Position numbers and translations under genes: made by a program. Positions 27,644 to 39,100 of a stretch of 64,000 bases of DNA are shown here, piece after piece. Within the stretch, counting starts at the first letter, position 1. The number at the start of each line of letters is the position of its first letter. The notes beneath the pieces are model-generated. The model had not been told where the DNA came from. It saw only the letters and a program-made list of their open reading frames with translations, and ran no database searches. The DNA comes from Escherichia phage vB_EcoS_ESCO40. The DNA lies in sequence record NC_106514.1; one strand, given 5' to 3'.

Positions 27644-30091
27644 TTAAACTTTCTCCCGCATTTGACTATCTGTTAATACTCTATTCCATATTCTAAGGTT
27701 ACGAATATGACCATACAATTTAGTTGAATCTGAAAGTCTACCGCCTATTTCTACTAGTGCGTCCGCGTCCGTTCCTTTCCATGTAAAACCGTGTGAGGTC
27801 TCACCCCTATTACCATTAACAAACGAGGTGACCTCTACATCGCCACGGAGAATAAAACCAAATACATGTGGAGAAAATTGTTTTTCAAATGAATAACCTC
27901 TGGACAGTATAGTTGATCCATCCTCAGTTACCACATACGTGTAAGGTGTAACGGAGGTTCTGTCAAATTCCGCAACAAATGCTTTTCCTCTTACGAAGTA
28001 GTGGTTGTTATCCACTATCATTGGGTATATATTATCTAAGTGAAAGCTATCCCAGTTAACACTTACCTCAGCAAGTAATGAAATATTTGTCCCGAAGAAA
28101 TTATTCCTTGCTGGTATAGTAACATAGTCTAGAGCCCTTGTTGCAGGCGTGCTTCCCGTAATAATGAAGGAGGATGCACAAAAACCCTTTTCAAATTGCG
28201 GGTTACAAAATGATATTTCATCCCCAACTTGTAAAGGCTGACCATCCACCCGACAATAATTCACCGAACCAATAGAATTTCCGCCAATCTCCACAAATTT
28301 ACACATAGCTTCAACTTTCAACCATCCGTTGTCTTCTCTATATATTCTATGTGCTATAGTCCCGCTCCCTTCTACTACAGAAGAAATTTCGCCGGTTCCG
28401 CAACTTATGACAGATCTAGCGCCGAGAATAAGTCCTCCGTCCTCACCTACTAAATAAAATTGAGGGGTAATATAGATATCCTGGCCTGCTTTTACTCGTA
28501 TGGATAAAGAGACATATTCATTTTTCTGACAGTTAATCGCATTTGCTGTTTCACAATAAAATAGGTTTGGCGTATCACCTTGACCATTTTGGTTTACAGT
28601 TGCCGTTGTGTATGTAAAACCATACTTATCAACACCATATGTAACATCGATACGATGTCTATCCGTATTTAAAGAAGCCGGGTCGTTACTGAAAGTAATG
28701 TGATTTGTCCTCTGCCCTTCAATCAAGAGTCCTTGCTTTTCAAATCTAGGCTCATCGATATTGGCAATACAAAACTCACCGTGTTTGTTTATATATGTTG
28801 CATTTGATGCGCGGGAGAAACTGACAACCTTATCCGAGGGCATTGTAATAACATCTTCACCAACTGTTATTTTCTTGTATCCTGGCGAGTAACCTGCAAG
28901 CATATCAAGCGAGTCATTAAAGGGAATCCATACGTCAGGGAATGGTTGAAGATCCGGAGCCCTGTTAGCTGCAATTTCCGCACGGTCTGCTTCTGCTTTT
29001 GCACGGTCTGCCTCTACTTTAGAGCTATTTGCACTACCAGCAGCATTGCTAGCTTGTTGCCCGGCCTCAACAGCACTATTACCTGCTTGTGTAGCAGAAG
29101 CAGCAGCTTGGTTTTTTAAAGTTGTTGTCTCAGATACCGCGCTATCCTTAATACCTTGTGTATCTGTTTTTAATTGCTCAACCTCTGCTTTTAAAGCTGT
29201 TGTCTCTGTTACAGCACTATTTTTAATGGCCTGGGTATCAGATTTTAACTGTTCGACATCCGCTTTTAAAGCTGTTGTCTCTGTTATAGCACTATTTTTA
29301 ATGGCCTGGGTATCAGATTTTAATTGTTCAACATCTGATTTAAGTCCTTGAATAGTAGTTACAGATTGGTTGGCGGAGGCTGCAGACCCTGCCGCATTAG
29401 TTTCGCTAGCCTTAGCTTTTGTTTCCGAGGTTTTTGCATTGGTTTCAGAGATTTTTGCCGCAGATGCCGATGCAGCAGCTTGCCCAGAAAATATTTCCGC
29501 CTCATTCCTAAAACCGCTAGAATCAGCTGCTGATTGAGCTGCATTAGTCTCACTGACCTTTGCATTACCCTCGCTAAGTTTTGCATCAGTAGCTGATTGA
29601 GCTGCATTAGTCTCACTTGCCTTTGCATTAGTCTCACTAATTTTTGCAGCAGCAGCTGATGCGTCAGCATTAGTTTCACTAGTCTTCGCATTAGTTTCAC
29701 TAGTCTTCGCATTAGTTTCACTAGTCTTCGCATTAGTCTCGGATATTTTAGCTGCGGCAGCGGACTCTGCAGACTTATTGGCTGACGCTGCGGACTGAGT
29801 AGCAGAGGTAGCAGACTGAGTAGCAGAAGCTTCTGAAGCTCCAGCAGAAATAGCAGCTTCCTGTTCAGAGTTCTTAGCATTAAGCTCTGAAGTCTTAGCT
29901 GCTATTTCAGAATCTTTTGCAGCCGCAGCAGACTTAGCAGCGGCCTCTATAGAGGATACTAACTCATTAGCAGTAATAGAGCTAATAGAATTTCCAAGAG
30001 TTACTGTGTATCTAGGAAATTTACTAGCAGTAGCTTTAGTATCATCAATATTTAATATTTGTTGTACAATAATCTTAGTAGTTATTGCCAT
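27644..30091 (-). CDS. L-shaped tail fibre protein, proximal part (repeat-rich shaft)
   Basis: N-terminal MAITTKII... then SETNAK heptad repeats and 24-aa DVEQLKSDTQAIKNSA repeats. Confidence 0.7.
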   Translation of the reverse strand: MAITTKIIVQQILNIDDTKATASKFPRYTVTLGNSISSITANELVSSIEAAAKSAAAAKDSEIAAKTSELNAKNSEQEAAISAGASEASATQSATSATQSAASANKSAESAAAAKISETNAKTSETNAKTSETNAKTSETNADASAAAAKISETNAKASETNAAQSATDAKLSEGNAKVSETNAAQSAADSSGFRNEAEIFSGQAAASASAAKISETNAKTSETKAKASETNAAGSAASANQSVTTIQGLKSDVEQLKSDTQAIKNSAITETTALKADVEQLKSDTQAIKNSAVTETTALKAEVEQLKTDTQGIKDSAVSETTTLKNQAAASATQAGNSAVEAGQQASNAAGSANSSKVEADRAKAEADRAEIAANRAPDLQPFPDVWIPFNDSLDMLAGYSPGYKKITVGEDVITMPSDKVVSFSRASNATYINKHGEFCIANIDEPRFEKQGLLIEGQRTNHITFSNDPASLNTDRHRIDVTYGVDKYGFTYTTATVNQNGQGDTPNLFYCETANAINCQKNEYVSLSIRVKAGQDIYITPQFYLVGEDGGLILGARSVISCGTGEISSVVEGSGTIAHRIYREDNGWLKVEAMCKFVEIGGNSIGSVNYCRVDGQPLQVGDEISFCNPQFEKGFCASSFIITGSTPATRALDYVTIPARNNFFGTNISLLAEVSVNWDSFHLDNIYPMIVDNNHYFVRGKAFVAEFDRTSVTPYTYVVTEDGSTILSRGYSFEKQFSPHVFGFILRGDVEVTSFVNGNRGETSHGFTWKGTDADALVEIGGRLSDSTKLYGHIRNLRIWNRVLTDSQMREKV
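29115..29335. repeat. 72-bp tandem repeat (about 3 copies) inside the fibre gene
   Basis: Near-identical units CTTTTAAAGCTGTTGTCTCTGTTA...CAGATTTTAA read directly. Confidence 0.8.
29667..29742. repeat. 21-bp tandem repeat (3.5 copies) inside the fibre gene
   Basis: GCATTAGTTTCACTAGTCTTC repeated head to tail, encoding TSETNAK heptads. Confidence 0.85.
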
Positions 30092-30513
30092 TATCTAGTT
30101 ACCCCATCACTGATAAATACTTTACCCTCCATTATACGAAAAGAGCTAATAGCTGATCCTATGACATCTCGTGTCATAATTATATCATAGTATCCTGCAA
30201 AACGTTGGCGAGGGTTATACTTATCTCTCTCTTTGGTAGCTTTTTCACCAATATTATCTACCGCCTCTACAGGTAAACTTATAGCTATGGCACCCTGAGC
30301 AGCATCAATAATTTTAGTAGTAAAAGATGCCAAAGTTTCCGCATTCTCATCAAGCCCGGCCTTTATAGTACCCCTTAGGGAATACCCTGTTAAGTTAACA
30401 GGGGTATTTGTAGGTGGATAAGTACTATCATCAACATCTAAGAATTGCATCATTAGACCATAAGGTACTTTCTCATCTATCACTAAGTCTATAACTCTAT
30501 TTTCAGTACTCAT
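30091..30513 (-). CDS. tail collar / fibre-attachment protein (p132-like)
   Basis: 140-aa ORF between the pb4-like and fibre genes; assignment by position and size only. Confidence 0.4.
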   Translation of the reverse strand: MSTENRVIDLVIDEKVPYGLMMQFLDVDDSTYPPTNTPVNLTGYSLRGTIKAGLDENAETLASFTTKIIDAAQGAIAISLPVEAVDNIGEKATKERDKYNPRQRFAGYYDIIMTRDVIGSAISSFRIMEGKVFISDGVTR

Positions 30514-30519
30514 TATTTA

Positions 30520-32592
30520 TTACCTTATATGGATATACCCACTATTTAGGTCTATCTTCATCTTGTAGTATGCCTCAGGGTTTCCTGATAACGCAGCGTT
30601 CCTATCATAAATGATGTTAACACCGATCTGAGATAAGAAAGCATTTCCTGCTACAATTTTATCTGCCGTCACCGTTCCGTTAACAATCATGTTTCCATGG
30701 AGAACCATTGCAGGGTTAACCCAACCAGACCCATTCCATTGCCTTGTAAATGCTGATTGTGGGGCATTACTATTAAATTCAGTTAATACATCGTATTTAA
30801 CTGGTGGAGAACCGAAGTTACTTTGAAAGAAGGAATTAGCTTGTCCATCATCCCAACCACCTAAACCTGCTATACCTACAGAATACATCCCAGGACCACG
30901 TTGTCCATCATGCCCTATAGTACCTTCAGTACCACTCCACTGAACTACATCCGACCAGCTAGTACCCTCTAATAACCTATTAGTAACTGGATCAAGCGTA
31001 CCTGTAGTGGCATAGATATTTTGTGTCATATCTGTACGGTTAGGTGGAGTTTTTGACCAACCAGGAGGTGGATAATCTTGTTCTAGTGGTTTAGCCGGTA
31101 GAGATGTTGCTAACTTATAAACAAATACTGTCTGTTTACCTTGTAAACCAGTTTCAATATCTACGTCACCATTTGGTGTTCCAATTACTACACCACTAGA
31201 GATACGCAAAGTAGTACCATCATAACGTATCCATTGTGTAGCATTACCAATGTCTAATTTAGCTTTGGCAGAGGTATTATCCATACCCATCCAAATACCG
31301 GAGTTATTATCCCCCCAAGATTTACCTTGAGTGTAAATTGCTGGGTTATCCTTACCAGATAAGTTAGTCATGATAAAGTTCGCAGCATTAATATCCCTAG
31401 TAATTACTTTACCATCAACGTTAACAACACGGTTTATAGGATCAAAAGAAATAGGTGCTTTTCCTTCTTCATCTAGCAGACCAATGTTAATAGCACCAGT
31501 AGCTGCGTCGATTAAGAATGTCTGTCTCCAGATTTCTCCATCTTTCATGCTGCCCTTAATAAAGGCATAATTAACATCAATACCCGTCTCATTGACAAAG
31601 CTGTTGTCTAGAGGAGTATCTTCATTCAATATAAATGTTACAGGAGCTGATTCTGTTATATCTTGCTTATTTGGTCCCCAGGCAATTGATGATACCTTAA
31701 AAGTATGCTCAACTTTCCATGGGAATGATATAATCGTTGCAGCTCTAGCAGCCCCAACGTTTATCTTTTGAGCTTTAGCCCAACCAGTCTTAGCGTATTC
31801 TTCAGAGTTTATATAAGTAACCAGAAATTCACGGACATTAGCACCCGCACCACGTTCCCAGTCCCACTCTATTCTAACATCATATCGTTCCTTACCATCT
31901 GCGATTCGTGCAGCTTTAAAGGCAATGTTAGTAGGTGCAGTAGGTGGTACGAAATTATAAGCTACAGTGAAAATGCTAGGATATTCATAATAGCCAGATG
32001 AGTCAACTGTAACACCATCTGGCATAGTAACTTGACCAGATATTCTGATCTTATAGTTGCCAACAGGAACACCACCAAATTTGATAGTAGGTCCCAGCGC
32101 GCCTATATAATATTTAACCCATTCACTATCTTCTGATGCAGTACTTTTTAATTCAATAGTGCAGTAACTAGCTTCACCAGCAGTCTCTACAACAACTATT
32201 GGAGCACCAACACCAACATCAACGGGTTCTGATTCAGATCTTGCTGCAGTAATTATTGGCTTTTCCTTTGTTCTAAAGTTAGTTTCATTAGAGAGGTTGA
32301 TACCAATTTTTGCATTTAAAAGCTCTGAGTCGATAATTGAGTCATAGAAAGCCCCCTGAATCTCATAGGAGGTAGAGGGGGTTAGATTATTAATCATTAC
32401 GAAGAAAGTATCTATACCGGTGTAATCACGTCTATCTATACTTTCTCCTATTTTTAACCAAAAAGATCTACCAATAACATCATAATCAGTATAAATGGAG
32501 TGCTGGACATAAGCCAAAGTATATCCAGTCATTATACTATTTAAGACCATTTTGGCTGGTGCATTATTTGAAATCATTAAATGGATGCCCAC
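30520..32592 (-). CDS. baseplate / central fibre protein (pb4-like)
   Basis: 690 aa; position downstream of the hub gene. Confidence 0.6.
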   Translation of the reverse strand: MGIHLMISNNAPAKMVLNSIMTGYTLAYVQHSIYTDYDVIGRSFWLKIGESIDRRDYTGIDTFFVMINNLTPSTSYEIQGAFYDSIIDSELLNAKIGINLSNETNFRTKEKPIITAARSESEPVDVGVGAPIVVVETAGEASYCTIELKSTASEDSEWVKYYIGALGPTIKFGGVPVGNYKIRISGQVTMPDGVTVDSSGYYEYPSIFTVAYNFVPPTAPTNIAFKAARIADGKERYDVRIEWDWERGAGANVREFLVTYINSEEYAKTGWAKAQKINVGAARAATIISFPWKVEHTFKVSSIAWGPNKQDITESAPVTFILNEDTPLDNSFVNETGIDVNYAFIKGSMKDGEIWRQTFLIDAATGAINIGLLDEEGKAPISFDPINRVVNVDGKVITRDINAANFIMTNLSGKDNPAIYTQGKSWGDNNSGIWMGMDNTSAKAKLDIGNATQWIRYDGTTLRISSGVVIGTPNGDVDIETGLQGKQTVFVYKLATSLPAKPLEQDYPPPGWSKTPPNRTDMTQNIYATTGTLDPVTNRLLEGTSWSDVVQWSGTEGTIGHDGQRGPGMYSVGIAGLGGWDDGQANSFFQSNFGSPPVKYDVLTEFNSNAPQSAFTRQWNGSGWVNPAMVLHGNMIVNGTVTADKIVAGNAFLSQIGVNIIYDRNAALSGNPEAYYKMKIDLNSGYIHIR

Positions 32593-35426
32593 TCCACAGA
32601 CTGTTCTCCATCATCCCCTTCAGCTCTAATACGAAAATACAATTTTCTATTTATACCTAGAGCACCGCTGTTTTGGAGAGCAAAATCTGCCTTATTATAC
32701 GTTAATAAATAGTCATAAGTATACTGATTTTCAATACGTACACTTCTTAACATCCTATTTTGTGAATCGTGTATTTCAAGTGTATAAAATATACTCTCTA
32801 TTATATCTTCTTCAGGTATTCTATCCCAGGCTAGTTTCACATCTGGGCCAACAAACTCAGTTACATCTCCAGAAGCCGTATTAGTTACTCTAAAATTAGA
32901 TACTACACTAAGGTTTTTAGCAGAGTTAAGCTCTATGGACAGAGTCACCGGGGAACTTCTTCTACCATTAATATCTACTGCCCTTATCTCAAATATAGCC
33001 AGACCTGCTGGTTCCCCAATTATTTCTTGGATCATACGTTCATTAGGGTTGGTCTCTAACTGTTGTACTATGTAAGGTTCGGCATGGCCTGAGTGCACAA
33101 TAGAGTAATAAACTACATTATTGGTTAGACTCGGAAGCCAAGATAACTCACCATTTTTACCTATAGAGCCTACTAAACCGCCAGGAGTAGGGGTATACTT
33201 AAAGTCTCTAGGAGGAAGGACATTATTACTAATATCGGGAATATCATTACCGCTATTATCAACCTGCTCAGAGTTGATGAATACATCTTCTCCATACTCC
33301 TGTAGAGTAACATTTATCTTTCCTTCCCTAGAGTTTTCCACTTCGTCTACTAGGAAGTACTTCTTATCCCATCCGTAACGGTCATACGTGAATGCAATAG
33401 CATCATTGGGTTCAATCCCTATGAACTGGTATGGTAATGAGAAAGAAAGTGTTCTTGAGTATCTGGATTTCTTAAGTTCCCTATCAGCAAAACTTCTTGC
33501 AGTATAGTAATTAGTAATATTAGCAAAAGATAGTTGTAATTTTTTATCTAGGTTCTTGTCCTGTTCCTTATACTTGGAATTATAGAATGTAATAGAATTA
33601 GTTTTCCAGCTAAGGGCGGGATCTACGATAGATGCTTGAACTGAGTTGAATTTATTTCTACCAGTAGTATCTGATAGCTCCAAATCACCGTAAGTATCTA
33701 GAAAATTAATCTCTAAGGGAGTATTAGAGTATTTTTCTACAGTAACCCTATACTGGCCAGATAAATTGTTAATAGCCCCACCATAGGACTCTAACAAACC
33801 TTGCACATTTTTAAATACTGATTCAGATGTATCCAGAATAGTATTCATTTGTACTATTTGTCTATTTTCTGCTAGTGGATCAGTCCACCCAACGTATCTC
33901 CAATATGGCTGCCAAGATACCTGATAGGATTCATCTATAATATCTAAAATAGCTGCCTCCTGTATTAATTGCTGAAGAGGAAACTGATCAATGGTAATAT
34001 TAGCGCCATATCTATCAGAGGTTAAGTAATCAAGTGTTTGCCAAATACCATTTAAACTAGTACTATTAGCAGTTACTCTACCATCAGAATGATAGACTTT
34101 TACTTTTTTACCTTGAATTTCAGCACTAACTTCTGGAATCTCAGTCCTATTTTCATTAATAGTGAAGCGCACCACTGCGTATGCAGTATCTAGTAGCTTA
34201 TATCTAGCATCCCAGTACTCCGGCCCATTGCCATTCATATTCTGAAGGTAGAATCCACGTTCTTTAGCTATATCTACTAGTACTTCAGAGGCTGTTTGAT
34301 CAGATTTTCCGTGATAAGTCCAAATCCTTATGTCACCATTTCCATCATTATACTTATACTCTTGACCATGGACGGATGGACTACTAGAAGAGGTTCCAGA
34401 TGCTATCCTCTGCATTGTATCTCCTGCTATTTTTTTAGTACCAAAGCAGGTTCTAGCGGAGCTGTCATTAGCATCTACGCAGATCATAGGGTTATCACCA
34501 AAGGAGAAATCAAGAAAACCATCAATCTCCCCCTCAGCAAAGGCGTATACGACATAAACTATGTTGGGATTGTGTAGTTCTGTATCAGCAAAAATGGGTA
34601 TTCCAGGAATTTTTTGAACTCCATAAACCACCGGTATGTATTTAGCAGCAAGGTTAAAATCTATATCCACTTCCTTAGTGACAGTTTCATAGTATTTTTT
34701 AAGGCTGTAGCTTCTAGATAAACCAAATAATTTTTTCTTTGATTTTAGCTTGTATCTTTCTTCTTGAACCTGATATTTTGCTAGGATAGAGATACTTTTA
34801 TTAGAGTGGAAGAACCCATAGTCTTCTTGGTACTCAGGTCTTTTAGCCCCGTTAGATGGAACTAATTGTCCTGCTACAACTTCAAGCCCTCTATGGGAGG
34901 CGTCATCAGTATATCTACCGTTAACTCTATCAAAGTCATAGAATTGGTTAGAACAATTCCAGGTAATTGTAGAGGTTCCTACCCCAGAGGTACTAATATT
35001 ATCTTTAATGCCCCCTCCAGTAATCCTCCCCCTAAAGTATAGTAAAGGACCATTTGTATCTGGGTCTACTGGTAGAATAGAACCATCTTCGGTAATAATT
35101 GCTTGATGAATTGATACGGTTCTATCTAAGAAGGATACACCATTTTGCACTAGTTTTAGTACTTCATCCTGTGCTGTACCAGTAATAGTAAAAGATAGAC
35201 TACCAATAGATAAATCTCTATTTTGTTTGTGTGAGCTAATAGACTTAACTTTACCTGCCTGGTATAAGATGCCATTATATAGTACATCCCTAAAATAATC
35301 AGTTAAATAAATAAAAGCAGTACTAGTACCAGTAGAGCCAGGTAACTCTAGAGAAATTAGACTAGCAGTTTTTATTCTGCTATTATTTTTTAAGTAGTTT
35401 CTAGCACTATCTAGTATTTTTTTCAT
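32577..35426 (-). CDS. baseplate hub protein (pb3-like)
   Basis: 949 aa; position between distal tail protein and pb4-like genes. Confidence 0.65.
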   Translation of the reverse strand: MKKILDSARNYLKNNSRIKTASLISLELPGSTGTSTAFIYLTDYFRDVLYNGILYQAGKVKSISSHKQNRDLSIGSLSFTITGTAQDEVLKLVQNGVSFLDRTVSIHQAIITEDGSILPVDPDTNGPLLYFRGRITGGGIKDNISTSGVGTSTITWNCSNQFYDFDRVNGRYTDDASHRGLEVVAGQLVPSNGAKRPEYQEDYGFFHSNKSISILAKYQVQEERYKLKSKKKLFGLSRSYSLKKYYETVTKEVDIDFNLAAKYIPVVYGVQKIPGIPIFADTELHNPNIVYVVYAFAEGEIDGFLDFSFGDNPMICVDANDSSARTCFGTKKIAGDTMQRIASGTSSSSPSVHGQEYKYNDGNGDIRIWTYHGKSDQTASEVLVDIAKERGFYLQNMNGNGPEYWDARYKLLDTAYAVVRFTINENRTEIPEVSAEIQGKKVKVYHSDGRVTANSTSLNGIWQTLDYLTSDRYGANITIDQFPLQQLIQEAAILDIIDESYQVSWQPYWRYVGWTDPLAENRQIVQMNTILDTSESVFKNVQGLLESYGGAINNLSGQYRVTVEKYSNTPLEINFLDTYGDLELSDTTGRNKFNSVQASIVDPALSWKTNSITFYNSKYKEQDKNLDKKLQLSFANITNYYTARSFADRELKKSRYSRTLSFSLPYQFIGIEPNDAIAFTYDRYGWDKKYFLVDEVENSREGKINVTLQEYGEDVFINSEQVDNSGNDIPDISNNVLPPRDFKYTPTPGGLVGSIGKNGELSWLPSLTNNVVYYSIVHSGHAEPYIVQQLETNPNERMIQEIIGEPAGLAIFEIRAVDINGRRSSPVTLSIELNSAKNLSVVSNFRVTNTASGDVTEFVGPDVKLAWDRIPEEDIIESIFYTLEIHDSQNRMLRSVRIENQYTYDYLLTYNKADFALQNSGALGINRKLYFRIRAEGDDGEQSVEWASI

Positions 35427-36037
35427 AAACTTTCCCGTAAATTTAATGAGATGCCGGAATATGTTCCGTTATTGTTTAATGTAGATCCGAAAGCATCACC
35501 ATTCATGAGTTTTGTTCTAAACAGTATCCCATTAAATACTGGTTTTTCAGCTCCAGTAGTCGTTACAAATAAATCAGGGTATAGATTTATAGACCATGTA
35601 TTGCCTGATTTGTTAAATGATGTTATTTTGTAAACTTTTGGGTGATTGGATAATTTAAATAAATCACCTGGTTTAGGGATACCGGTAAGAACACCTTTTG
35701 TATCCATAGTAATATTGGAACCTTTTTGTCCTGCTGGTATATTTACTAAGTTAGTATTACCCCTAACCCTAAAAGCCTCATACTGAGGTAATATAACATC
35801 AATGTAGCCTCCTGTCCTCTTATACTCTAGAATAAAGGAATCTAGAACACTATATTCATCAGGAAACAATTCTGGGTAAGAAATATTTATACCCCAGTAC
35901 TGAGCAGATACCTTAACTTCGTTAACTTTACCATTAGGTAACTCATCACGAATTACTGGGTCATTATCAATCAGGTTAACACTTTCGAATCCTAATCCTG
36001 AAAGTTCTGGATTCGTGTATGGGTCTGGTAATCTCAT
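35423..36037 (-). CDS. distal tail protein (pb9-like)
   Basis: 204 aa; immediately downstream of the tape measure gene; AAGAGGAG RBS. Confidence 0.6.
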   Translation of the reverse strand: MRLPDPYTNPELSGLGFESVNLIDNDPVIRDELPNGKVNEVKVSAQYWGINISYPELFPDEYSVLDSFILEYKRTGGYIDVILPQYEAFRVRGNTNLVNIPAGQKGSNITMDTKGVLTGIPKPGDLFKLSNHPKVYKITSFNKSGNTWSINLYPDLFVTTTGAEKPVFNGILFRTKLMNGDAFGSTLNNNGTYSGISLNLRESL

Positions 36038-36064
36038 AGTTAATTTCTCCTCTTAGATACAATT

Positions 36065-36093
36065 ATTATAATAGTATTAGAAAATTTTATCAA
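36065..36093 (-). promoter_or_regulatory. sigma70-like promoter for the distal-tail/baseplate operon
   Basis: On the minus strand TTGATA-17 bp-TATAAT about 25 nt upstream of the RBS. Confidence 0.55.
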
Positions 36094-36111
36094 GAAATTT
36101 TTATTTTTCCA

Positions 36112-36139
36112 TAAAGAAAAGGAGGACTCAAAGTCCTCC
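36112..36139 (-). terminator. intrinsic terminator after the tape measure gene
   Basis: GGAGGACT-CAA-AGTCCTCC hairpin followed on the minus strand by TTTTCTTT. Confidence 0.6.
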
Positions 36140-36146
36140 TCCAGTT

Positions 36147-39100
36147 TTAAGAATTTCCTAGTGTTTTTAGGCTAGCACCATTCTCATTCAGAGCTAATTC
36201 TACTGCATCCCTCAGAGCACCGCTATTACTAGAGGCGAACTCTCTAAAACTAGCAGCATCCATAGCACTAATATTCAGGATGATAGGTCTTCCTGAGGTT
36301 GAATTAGAGGAATTTTTTAACTCATCATTAGGTGTAGCTTTCATAGGAATCATAGGTGTAATTACTTCTGTACCATGTTCTCCCATCTGGTAGCTAACCC
36401 CTGGGTACATATTACCACCTTCGGCACGAGGCACAAATGAATTAGCATTACCAATACCTTGATCACCACGTACATAGGATAGTTCCCCAGCATTAGCAGA
36501 CATAGATACATCAATGTTCTTCTGACGCTCCCCAAGAGTTAAATAACTAGTAGTATCCGCTCCAGAATCTGCAATACTTGACATACTAGAGGCAGAGGAT
36601 GCCTGCGCTAATGCCAGAGCACCTGCTAATCCTGCCGCTACCATTAGAGGGATAGAGAACGGGTATGGTACAGCTGTTGCTGCCTGCATAACTGCTACTG
36701 CAGTTTGGATGATAATCTGCTTCTTAGCTGCATCTTGTTGAATCTTCAGCTTTTCAGCTTCTAGCTTCTTCAATTTAGCTTTAGATGCCTCAGATTTACC
36801 ATCACGTTTCTGTTCGGCGGCGATAGCCTGATCAATGGCACTAACCTGCTGACTAGTACTATATTGAATCATGGAAGCCACAGTCTGCATACCAACTGCA
36901 ATAGTAGAAGTGGTATCTAGAGATCCCTGGGAGAACTGAATCATAGCATTGGCTAAGTTACCCATACTTTGTGCTACCGCAGTTGCTTCGGAGTTTAGCT
37001 CGGACAGCTTAGAGATTGCTTGGTCATAAGAAGCCAATTGATTTCCCATATCTGCAAATTTCTTATCTTCTCCAGATAACCCAGTAGTAGGGGTGTATAC
37101 AGCACCTAAAGAAGATCCAACAGAAGCTTGCATTTGAGCATTACGTTGCGCTGTTAAAGCAGACATTTGAGCCCTTGTCTTAGCTATTTCAGCATTCCAG
37201 CGCATCTGCTCATTAGCATTACCTTTAGTAAGTTCCTTCATCTGAGTATAAAAATCTAGCTGCATTTCCATTTTCTGCATTTCCCCAGCCAGAGGGAACA
37301 TGGAAGTTAGTGTATTTTCAAAGGCTTCTTGCCTTTTGCGGGTCATTTCAGCTTGCTGATCTTGGCGGAATTTCCAGATTTCACGCTCTATCTGTGCTTG
37401 AGCACGCCTAGATTGTTCAGCCTCTTTTTGTTTATCTGCCTGTTTTGTGTACCACTCATACTTTTCCTTTTCAATAGTCAGCTCTAGATTTAACTGCGCC
37501 AGACGATACTGAGTATCAGTCATAGTACGGTTATTCAAGAGAGCAATCTCACGATCTACACCAAGAATTTTATCTGTGTAATCCTTGACCTTCTTCTGAG
37601 CTTCCATACCCTGATTGGTAAGTTTAAGTTTCTCCAGCTGAATTTTTTCAATTTCTTTCTCAACAGCTTTATTCCCCTGGTTTGTTTTAAGAACACGGCG
37701 TAAAGCAGCTTCTTGCTCTTCTAACTGTTGCAACTCTAAACGTCTACCAGCTTCCTGAGCCTTTTCCTTATCCTTAGTTTGATTATACACATCAGCTATT
37801 TTCTGTTGAACTGCTAACTGATTTTTAGTTTCATTACCAGTTAGTTTAACATACTCAGATAGAGCCTGAGATGCAGTTTTCATTTCAGACAGGGTGTTAT
37901 AGCCCAGGTTAAGGTTTTTAACATATTCATCGGCACTCTTACCAGTGCCTAAGGATAGAGATTCTATGTTTTTTATAGCATCTGCTAAAGTAGCACTAGT
38001 TTTAGCAGCAGTATCTGTATTCTGAGCAACGTTCTGTATATCATTAGCTAAGTCACTAGCAGTTTTCTTAGTTTGATTATATGCTTTCTGTTGTTCAGTT
38101 AGCCCTTTTAATACTGTGGAGTTAAAGTCATATACAGCACCAGGATCAGTAGTATCCCTCTGTAGATTAATCTGTTTTTGGAATTCTGGATTAGCTTTTG
38201 CAGCAGCAGCACCCGCAGCTTGATAGGCTGACTTCCAAGCATTAAGGTTTTCAGTAGAATCTTCTACCTCCTTACCTAGTCTGGTTACTTGTAGACCCAT
38301 AGCTGCAGTTTCTTCTACGAACTTTTTATTAGCTTCGGAAGCACCAGCAGCAGCAAGACCAACAGGAATACCTTCACCAACTTGACGTATGGCTAATCTT
38401 GTATAGAAATCCGCTTGCTCCATTCGTTTATCGAATTCGGATTTTAGCTTATTACGCTTATCAAGAGATTCCTTATACATATCTAGAGCTTTATTATAGC
38501 CTTCTTCAGAAGCGGCCAAACTTAAAGCAACAGCACCAACGTTGGTAGGATCTATCTGTCTATTAGTTTTTTCTTGAGCTCTAGCTGCTTCAGCAGATAC
38601 AGAAGCCTGAGAAGTATAAAATACTGTGTTGATAGCATCAATTACTGGTCCTAAGTACTTAGCAGCAGCTTGTTGTATTGTTCTTAATGCAGCATCAGCA
38701 TTAGCAGCAAACTGCTCCCATGGAGTAGCACGCAGAACTTCATCTAGATACCCGAATTGTTTAGTAGATTCTGCTATAGCAGCCTTAGCGTATGCCTGCT
38801 GTTTCTGGAAAGTAGTAAGACTATTAATGTTATAAGTTATACCCGTGTTAGCAGCATTTAGCTGTTTAACATAGTCAGCATAAGCATCGTTAAGACGAAT
38901 AGTAATACCAAGTTCATCCATAAGTTCGATTTCTTGTTTAGATATACCCTTAATTACACGGTTAAGTGCATCAGTCATATCAACACCAAGAACAGCAGCC
39001 GCACGACGTGCTATCAAACCAAACTGCTCCAGTTGTTCAGCATCAAATCCGTACGCAGAAGCAGAGGATGCTTGTCTCATTGCTTCTTCAAAGGAGATAG

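Noticed and set aside
27644-30091. Diversity-generating retroelement acting on the tail fibre
   Set aside because: No reverse transcriptase ORF and no template/variable repeat pair with adenine-specific differences; the repeats are in-frame tandem duplications
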